Part shown: positions 55,541 to 64,000 of the stretch, piece after piece
How positions within the stretch are numbered: position 1 is the stretch's first letter
Layout: each line of letters begins with the position of its first letter
Source of the DNA: the human T2T-CHM13v2.0 reference genome, Homo sapiens
Length of the DNA: 64,000 nt
NCBI RefSeq assembly: GCF_009914755.1
Contig: NC_060941.1
Strand: one strand, 5' to 3'
The notes under the pieces: generated by a model
The model's input: only the letters and a program-made list of their open reading frames with translations
Databases searched by the model: none
What the model was told of the DNA's origin: nothing
Translations under genes and position numbers: made by a program

Positions 55541-55819
55541 AGCCACACATTATGCATCGGGGAGGAGGCCACCCACTGGCTTCTACAAAGATCTGGGTTC
55601 TGTAATGAAATCTTTTCAGCGTGGGTTTCTCTAAGGAGCAAGCAGGAAGAACAGGTATGAGGAGCAAGACCTTCAGACCAGCCCACTGCCTGGAGACTTT
55701 GGACTCAAATGAAAAGCACTGTCTGAGCCTTGTTTGGAAAGGAAACTCTCCAGTGTCTGAGCCTCATAATCAACCAGCAGGAATGCTTGTGACATTTCAC
55801 AACAAATAATAACAATTTC

Positions 55820-56015
55820 TTACCTCCGTGGGCTTCCTAAGAGGCAGTCATACTGGCTCATTTGACTTGCACATACCTGTGAGTGGGTAAGTTCTATATT
55901 TTACCGATGAGGTACACAAAGCGCAGATAGCCTTGCCCAAGGTCACACCGGGAGGAAGCAGCCGGAGCCAGCCCAGAATCCAGGCTTCCAGCTTCCACCG
56001 CAGTGCTGCTCTGAC
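55820..56015 (-). mobile_element. MIR
   Basis: ATTTTACCGATGAGG...CTTGCCCAAGGTCACAC. Confidence 0.7.
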
Positions 56016-56234
56016 ACATCCTCCTTACAGGCCAGCCTCCTGTTTCCCCGATGCATAAGCCAGTGCTAACGCCACATATCACTTAACAGATATTCGCCGA
56101 GTCCCTATGTTATGCAAGAAACTGAACTAAGTGCAATGCAGGAGGTAAAGATACTCAAGTAAGTCCTGGTGGTAAAGAGACTCTACAGGAGAGCCAGTCT
56201 GACCTTCCAAGGCAGGAATCTCCTTCTCGGCATC

Positions 56235-56828
56235 GCATGCTGGTTATTCCTGTAAACCGAAGTCATCACAAACTTAAAACAACAGCTTAAAACAGCAGCT
56301 TAAAACAACACGCATTTGTTATCTCACAGTTTCTGTGGGTCAGGAGTCTGGGTGTGGCTTAGCTGGGCCCTCTGCTTCAGGGTCTCATCTAAAAGCTATA
56401 GCCAAGATCAGAGCTGCAGGCTTCTCTGAGGCTCAACCGAGGAAGGATCTGCTTCCCAGCTCCCATGGATGGTCGCAGCATTCAGTTGCTTGTGGCTTCT
56501 TAAATGGAAAGCCTCACTTTCTTGCTGGCTATTGGCCAGAGGTCACCATCATGTCATGCATTGGACAGAGGCTGCTGTCAGCTCCTTGCTTTGTGGGCCT
56601 CCCCAGTGTGGCCACTTACTCCATCAAGGCCAGCAAGAGAGTCTCTCAGCAAGACAGATGTCACAATCTTATGAAATCACAAGAGTGACATCCCGTCGCT
56701 TTGCTGTATTCTCTTGCAACGTTAAAGGCAAGTCACAGGTGCTGCTTGCACTGAAGGCGAGAGGACTGCATAAGGCCGTGAACACCAGCAGGTAGGACCG
56801 TGGGGCCAGCATCCACCCTGTCCACCTC
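56235..56828 (-). mobile_element. MLT1E/F-like MaLR LTR with a 13-bp triplication (56273-56311)
   Basis: TTATCTCACAGTTTCTGTGGGTCAGGAGTCTGGG; CTTAAAACA(A/G)CA(G/C) x3. Confidence 0.8.
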
Positions 56829-56834
56829 ATCTGC

Positions 56835-57028
56835 TAGGTCTTCCAACTCTCCCTGAACATCTTCAGAGACACACTGACCACTCCCTCACAAGGCAGCTCA
56901 TTCCATTCTGATGTCACTTGAATGGTTAGAAAGTTCTTCCTAGCCTCAAACCCAAATCCATCTCCCTATGGCTTTTAATCATTGTTCCAAGCCCTGCAGT
57001 CTGGAGTGACATAGAAAAATTCTAATCT
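56835..57028 (-). mobile_element. L3/CR1 remnant
   Basis: AAGGCAGCTCATTCCATT...GTTAGAAAGTTCTTCCT...CAAACCCAAATC. Confidence 0.75.
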
Positions 57029-57029
57029 G

Positions 57030-57536
<507 letters not shown>

Positions 57537-58749
57537 TTACCCTGTGTCTCGGGGGACAGACCTTCATAGTCTTCCTTGGGAGACCGGCACTTTAAGAGGC
57601 TCTATTCCAACCCTGACACATGACTTGCTCAAGTCCACATAGCTGGTAAATGGCAGGTGTCAGAAGCCAGGCCTCTTGACTGCCAGCATTTCTCTGCCTC
57701 TCTATCTTTGTGTGTGACTGAATGTGAGACAGGGACACCAGGCAGGCCTGGACCCTGCATCCTGGGAGTTTGCAACTCAAAGATATTTCCTCTACTTTCT
57801 GTGAACTGCCTTGATCCCTGGCCAGCAAACTAGATGTGGTATCCTCAAAGCCAGACACAGGTGAGCAGCGGGCCTCTGCGGGCTGCAGCAGGGATCCAGG
57901 TAGTCATTTCCTGCTTTCACTTAGGACTGCTGTGCACCTGCTCTCCTTCTCCCACCAGGAATAACCACACCCAGTGTACCTCCTAGGGTGTCGGGGCCTC
58001 CCCAGCACTGAGTGCCCAGCCTAGTTCAGCCTCCAGGCTTCCAGTTTCCTGGCAGTCAAGTCCATTTGCTCTGGAGCTTCGCAAGGGGCCCCCAGGTCCT
58101 TCATCACTGCACCTGCAGCTGCAGTATAGGCCTTGACCCATGGCGAATTCAGCAAGGGTTGAATGGATGATTTGAGTCCACAGGATCTGAAGACCTTGGC
58201 TGGGAATGTCAGAGGCGAGGCACAGCCTGCCTGAGCCCAGTGAGAGGAGAGGCAGAGCATCTACAGGGCTTCAGGAGGCCCCTGCTGCAACCCTGCCTGC
58301 AAGTGAGTGAGTCGGCTGGAGCTGAGGCTGAGTTTCAAGTTCTAGGGAAATGGAAAGGCCACGAGAAGAAGTAGGACCCGAAAGAAACTTTCCCTTCTTG
58401 GAAACGTCCGTGTCGCCATTATCCCCAACAACTTCCTTTTCACCTCCCTGCCTCTAAGGGACCCTCCCACCATCAGCTTTCTCCTCTTTATCCTGTGCCT
58501 CCAACTTCCCCCTTCCATGGCTGCTACATAATAAGCATTCAATAAATATGAGTCATTAAATAGTCACTGCTGTTCCTGCCTCTTCCCCCTCTCTATATTA
58601 ACACATTCAGTGTTCTATCACCTAAGAAAACTAAAACCTTCCAAAATGTTTCCCACATGTGGTTGGCTATTGATGATTTTTATTTCTGCCTTTGCATTTT
58701 TACATGTCAGAGGTCTCTACCATGCACATGTGTCTAAGAGGATTACAAT

Positions 58750-59030
58750 GAATAAGAGCTGACATTGGCTGAGCAGGAACTCTGGGCCGTCCCCGGTGCT
58801 AGGAGTTTCCTATGCACCCTATTGGTTCAGCCTCTCGACAATCCCATGTAGGGTTACCAACTGTCCCAGATGGCCCAGGCCTGAGGGGCTTCCTGGGACA
58901 AGAGACTTCTATTGCAAAAACTGGGATAATCTCAGGCAAACCAGGAGGGTTGGCCACCTTCCACCAAGGAGGCGCTATCATGATCCCCATTTTATAGATG
59001 AGAAAATTGAGGCTCAAAGAGGCTTAAAAC
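58750..59030 (-). mobile_element. MIR interrupted by MER81
   Basis: CCCCATTTTATAGATGAGAAAATTGAGGCTCAAAGAGG. Confidence 0.8.
58849..58960 (+). mobile_element. MER81 (hAT-Blackjack MITE)
   Basis: TAGGGTTACCAACTGTCCC...GGCAAACCAGGAGGGTTGGCCACCTT inverted termini. Confidence 0.8.
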
Positions 59031-59040
59031 TCTCCCTCGG

Positions 59041-60502
<1,462 letters not shown>

Positions 60503-60835
60503 CCTGTACTTCAGGTCACACAACTGATGAACACAGAGCCGGCCCCGGAGCATAGGACACCCACCAGCCCGCCTTCCGTGACCGCTGGAGCCTGTGTCGC
60601 TGCTAGTCCCCCCTAGCTCAGGCCTGCCTCCCCATGCTTCTCCAAAGGCTCTCTCTACTTGTCCACTCGCCATTTGCTTGTCACCGGGGTCAGGCTTCCC
60701 TGACCACCACCCTGTGCTGGTCACCCACCCTCTTCCACTGGGCAAGTCCAGTGAACGGCACTGGGGGGTATTTGCCATTCTCCCCACCAGACTGCTGCAA
60801 ACTGCCTCATAAAATTACTCAGAAAAACCCAGGGA

Positions 60836-61192
60836 GGCCAAGCATGGTGGCTCGCACCTGTAATCCCAGCACTTTGGGAGGCCAATGTGGGTAGATCACT
60901 GAGGTCAGGAGTTCGAGACCAGCCTGGCCAACATGGCGAAACCCCGTCTCTACTAAAAACACAAAAATTAGCTGGGTGTGGTGACGGACCCCTGTAATCC
61001 CAGCTACTCAGGAGGCTGAGGTGGGAGAATCACTTCAACCCAGGAGGTGGAGGTTGCAGTGAGCCGAGATTGTGCCACTGCACTCCAGCCTGGGTGGCAG
61101 AGCGAGACCCCATCTCACAAAAAAAAAAAAAAAAAAAAAAAAAAGAGAGAGAGAGAGAGAGAACCGAAGGGAAAGGAAGAAAAGAAAAGATA
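60836..61192 (+). mobile_element. AluSx-like with A/(GA)n tail
   Basis: TSD AGAAAAACCCAGGGA (from 60821 / from 61193). Confidence 0.95.
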
Positions 61193-61370
61193 AGAAAAAC
61201 CCAGGGAGGACAAGACCCAAGCAGGTCACCTCCTGAGGCCGCTGCTTTGCCCCTCTAAGGACGTCTCAGGGCTATGTCTTCCTATGCCCCCCCTTTTCCT
61301 CTCAGTCAGCCCCCACCTCACGGGCCTGCCCTGCAGGGTGTCGGGGGGCTCTTCCTTCTTGTTTTTCTAG

Positions 61371-61473
61371 CCTTCGCTCAGCTCAGTCAGTCGGAGCCTG
61401 ACCGTGGGGGCAGCTCCTCTCTGGGGCCGGAGAATCATTCCTGTCTCCTGTCGAAATGACCCTTGGTAGGAAG
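61371..61473 (+). other. candidate internal exon (103 nt), probably lncRNA
   Basis: Acceptor CTCTTCCTTCTTGTTTTTCTAG| and consensus donor AAG|GTAAGT. Confidence 0.35.
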
Positions 61474-63903
61474 GTAAGTTCACTGTCCCCAGAAGGCCTG
61501 CGGGAAGAGGCACTGCATTTTACTCAGAGCCCCTGGCAGCTGGGGAGCTGAGGAGGGGCCGTCTGTCTCCTCTGTCTGTCAAGACACACTAGAGAAACAG
61601 GTGGGGAGAGAATCCGCAGAGCTGCCCGCAGGTGGCCCCCTGGGTGGGACTGGGCCTCTCTGCTTCCCGGGGCTGCAGGGAAGGTGTCACAGGCTAAGGG
61701 TGGACTCTGGACACGGCTGCAGCTCTCACCATTCAGCCGTGGGGTCTCTCTTCGCACCTCCATCCCGAGGGTCAGGGAAGGACTGGGCGGAAAAAAGCCA
61801 AGAAGCTGGTCTCATCCACAGACACATGGGGCTTCAAGGTGGAGGAGCCCCAGCCCAGTGGGGTGGACAAGGTGCCGGGGACTGCATAGTGACCGTCAGG
61901 GCAGCCATCAGCTCCTCCTATGAAACCCCACAGGGGTGGCTGGCACTTGTCACCCTGAAGAGGCTGCAATTCCCTCGCACAGGTCATCTTGGAACAGGCA
62001 AATTCATTATAGACCCCTGGGGTCAGGAGGGGGCTCAGTACAGTCCCAGAAGGTTCCATGAAAGCCAGAAGTAGTGCCCTCAGCTTCAGCCAGGACCCTC
62101 CTGCCTGCACATTTGTTGACCACCCAGGGCCTGGGTGCTCCTGCCTCCGGCCCCCTTTCCCCACCGTGAATCCATATGGTCCCTTCTTTCCCAGCACAGC
62201 CACAGGACAGCTCTGTCACACCCTCCCCAGTGACCTACCATGAGCCACCTGGGCCGACTGGCCCTCCTTCCCCACAGAGCCCCTGGCACCCAGGACTTCC
62301 TGGCAGGTGCTGGCCCTGAAGTCCTGGGCTTCCTCTGGGCTCCTATGTGAAGCCAGCGCCCTGGAGGCCAGGTGTTTCCTGTGGGTGGGGGGGCCTGGAA
62401 GGTTCTACCACACTCACACTCCACCTCCTCCTCTGGGGCCTCCCACTTGTGGCTCAGGCCCTGCTACTGTTAATCAGAGGGAAGAGAGAAGGCCCTGGGG
62501 ATGGGGTGTGTGAAGGCCTGGACTGTCTACCGCAGGCTGGGCATGGGGTGGGGAAGTCTCAGGGTAGCAGCAAGGCAGGAAGGGGAGGAACACCCAGAGC
62601 TTGGGGGCAGAGATAAGTAAGGAGCCCCCAGTTCCAGGCAACCTGTGGGTGTGGCCTCTGGGGACCAGCCAGACAGCCTGGCATGGACAGCCTCACTCTT
62701 CTCACTGCTTTGCAAATGCCACAGGTGGTCAAGCACCCACGTGGTCTTCACACATCTGCACCTTGCAGGTCCAGGATGGAGCTGTGATCATCGCTGGATG
62801 GGAAAGCAGCTTCCTGTCTCCCTCTCAGCAAGTGGAGTGCAGTGGGGTGGGCAGCTGCTTGCTGCAGACTCACTCCTATCCCCAAAGAAGCCTTGAGAGG
62901 AGGCCCTACCATATGGGGAGACTGAAGATCTGAAAGGCCCAGCTTGCCCAAGGAACTCAGCCAGTGAGTGGCAGAGCCTCCTCCCGTCCCAAAACTCTGC
63001 CTCTGGCCACCCCCAAGCACTGCCCCTCTGATGGCATCAGGGACGCGATAAAGAAACCTCAGGCAGGGCCGGCCGAGAGCCCTTCTCCCAGGCTTGCCTC
63101 CAGCTGTGCAGGAAGCCCACCTGCCCAAGACTCACCTGCGGCATTTGGCGAAAAGCAGTCCTGGGCTCCCACCCTCCCCGGCCTACTTGAACAGGATCTC
63201 GAGGGGTGGACCCAGGACTCTGCCCAAGACTGTTGAGTCCCTCCCTCCCCGGTCTTTGAGGTGGCAAGGCTTCCCCTTTTGCCTCCACTCCCCTGTTCCT
63301 GCCACAGCAGCCTCCTAGGACTGTGTTGCTCTTTTCCTTTGAGTTGGTCTGGCTCTGCAGGGGTCACCCAGGCCCCAGGCTCTCAGTGGGTGGGGATCTG
63401 ATGTAGCACTGACATGTTTCATCCACTTGACTGGCAGGTCAAGGACAGCCTGGAGGTGGGCAAGTCATCAGGACCCCAGACCAGGAACGATGGAGGCTCC
63501 AAAGTCCACCAGTAGAGGGAAGAAAATAGCCGCTGTCCCCAGGCAGAGCCACCAGTCACACAGGGACGAGATCTCAGAATGAGCACTGGGCAGGGTTCTC
63601 TGGGATGCTGAGCTCTGGTCTTCCCTGTGAGCGGCCTTGGACAAGTCATCTGCCCAGACCCTCCATACCCCGTGCTGTGTCTTCTCAGAGAGTGAGCGTT
63701 CGGAAGCATGGCGCTCTCTGAAGTCCGTGGCTGGGATGTCCATGGCTGTGACGACCTTCTGAAAACCATGTGGTCTCTGTCCCACTTTCAGCCTCACAGT
63801 GCACGAATGCAAGCCCGGAGTAAGCGCCCCCAACTGGGCTCAAGACCTTCTTCTTGGGGGTCCCTGTTGCATCAGCTTCTTTTAAGTTAACTTTCTCTTG
63901 CAG

Positions 63904-63964
63904 TACAGTATGAATAAAGAAAAGTCTAACACTATGTGTCCAACTCCATTTGGACTTTCACAAA
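63904..63964 (+). other. candidate internal exon (61 nt)
   Basis: Acceptor TTAACTTTCTCTTGCAG| and donor AAA|GTGAGT. Confidence 0.3.
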
Positions 63965-64000
63965 GTGAGTACCTTCATGTCCTCAGCTCTCAGATCAAGA

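Noticed and set aside
56273-56311. Short direct repeats as a CRISPR-like array
   Set aside because: Head-to-tail 13-bp slippage triplication without spacers, inside an LTR, in eukaryotic DNA.
61621-61640. CTCF-like motif CCCGCAGGTGGCCC (also partial matches near 5690 and 18575)
   Set aside because: Only partial matches; cannot be called without PWM scoring or ChIP data.

Overview
This is primate, almost certainly human, genomic DNA: about 25 Alu elements, an L1PA3-type insertion, THE1/MST/MLT/MER4 LTRs, MIR, L2, L3 and hAT/Tigger DNA-transposon fossils. It is roughly 50% GC and reads as intergenic or deep-intronic. I find no credible protein-coding exon, RNA gene or prokaryote-type system; the long ORFs in the track come from Alus, simple repeats or chance. 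The interest lies elsewhere. (1) Several repeat-free islands carry developmental-enhancer motif grammar (PBX-HOX plus MEIS at 16.2-16.75 kb, CUT/ONECUT plus TCF at 18.1-18.6 kb, POU/SOX/homeobox at 43.7-44.0 kb, a small orphan CpG island at 8.8-9.3 kb), which suggests the regulatory desert of a developmental gene. (2) There are several apparent template-switch footprints, led by a ~230 bp, ~84% identical inverted copy of local sequence inserted into an MLT1 LTR. (3) There are nested or odd retrotranspositions. (4) Two strong candidate + strand exons lie at the right end. Repeat family names are from recalled consensus sequences and need RepeatMasker/Dfam confirmation. The locus cannot be identified from sequence alone.
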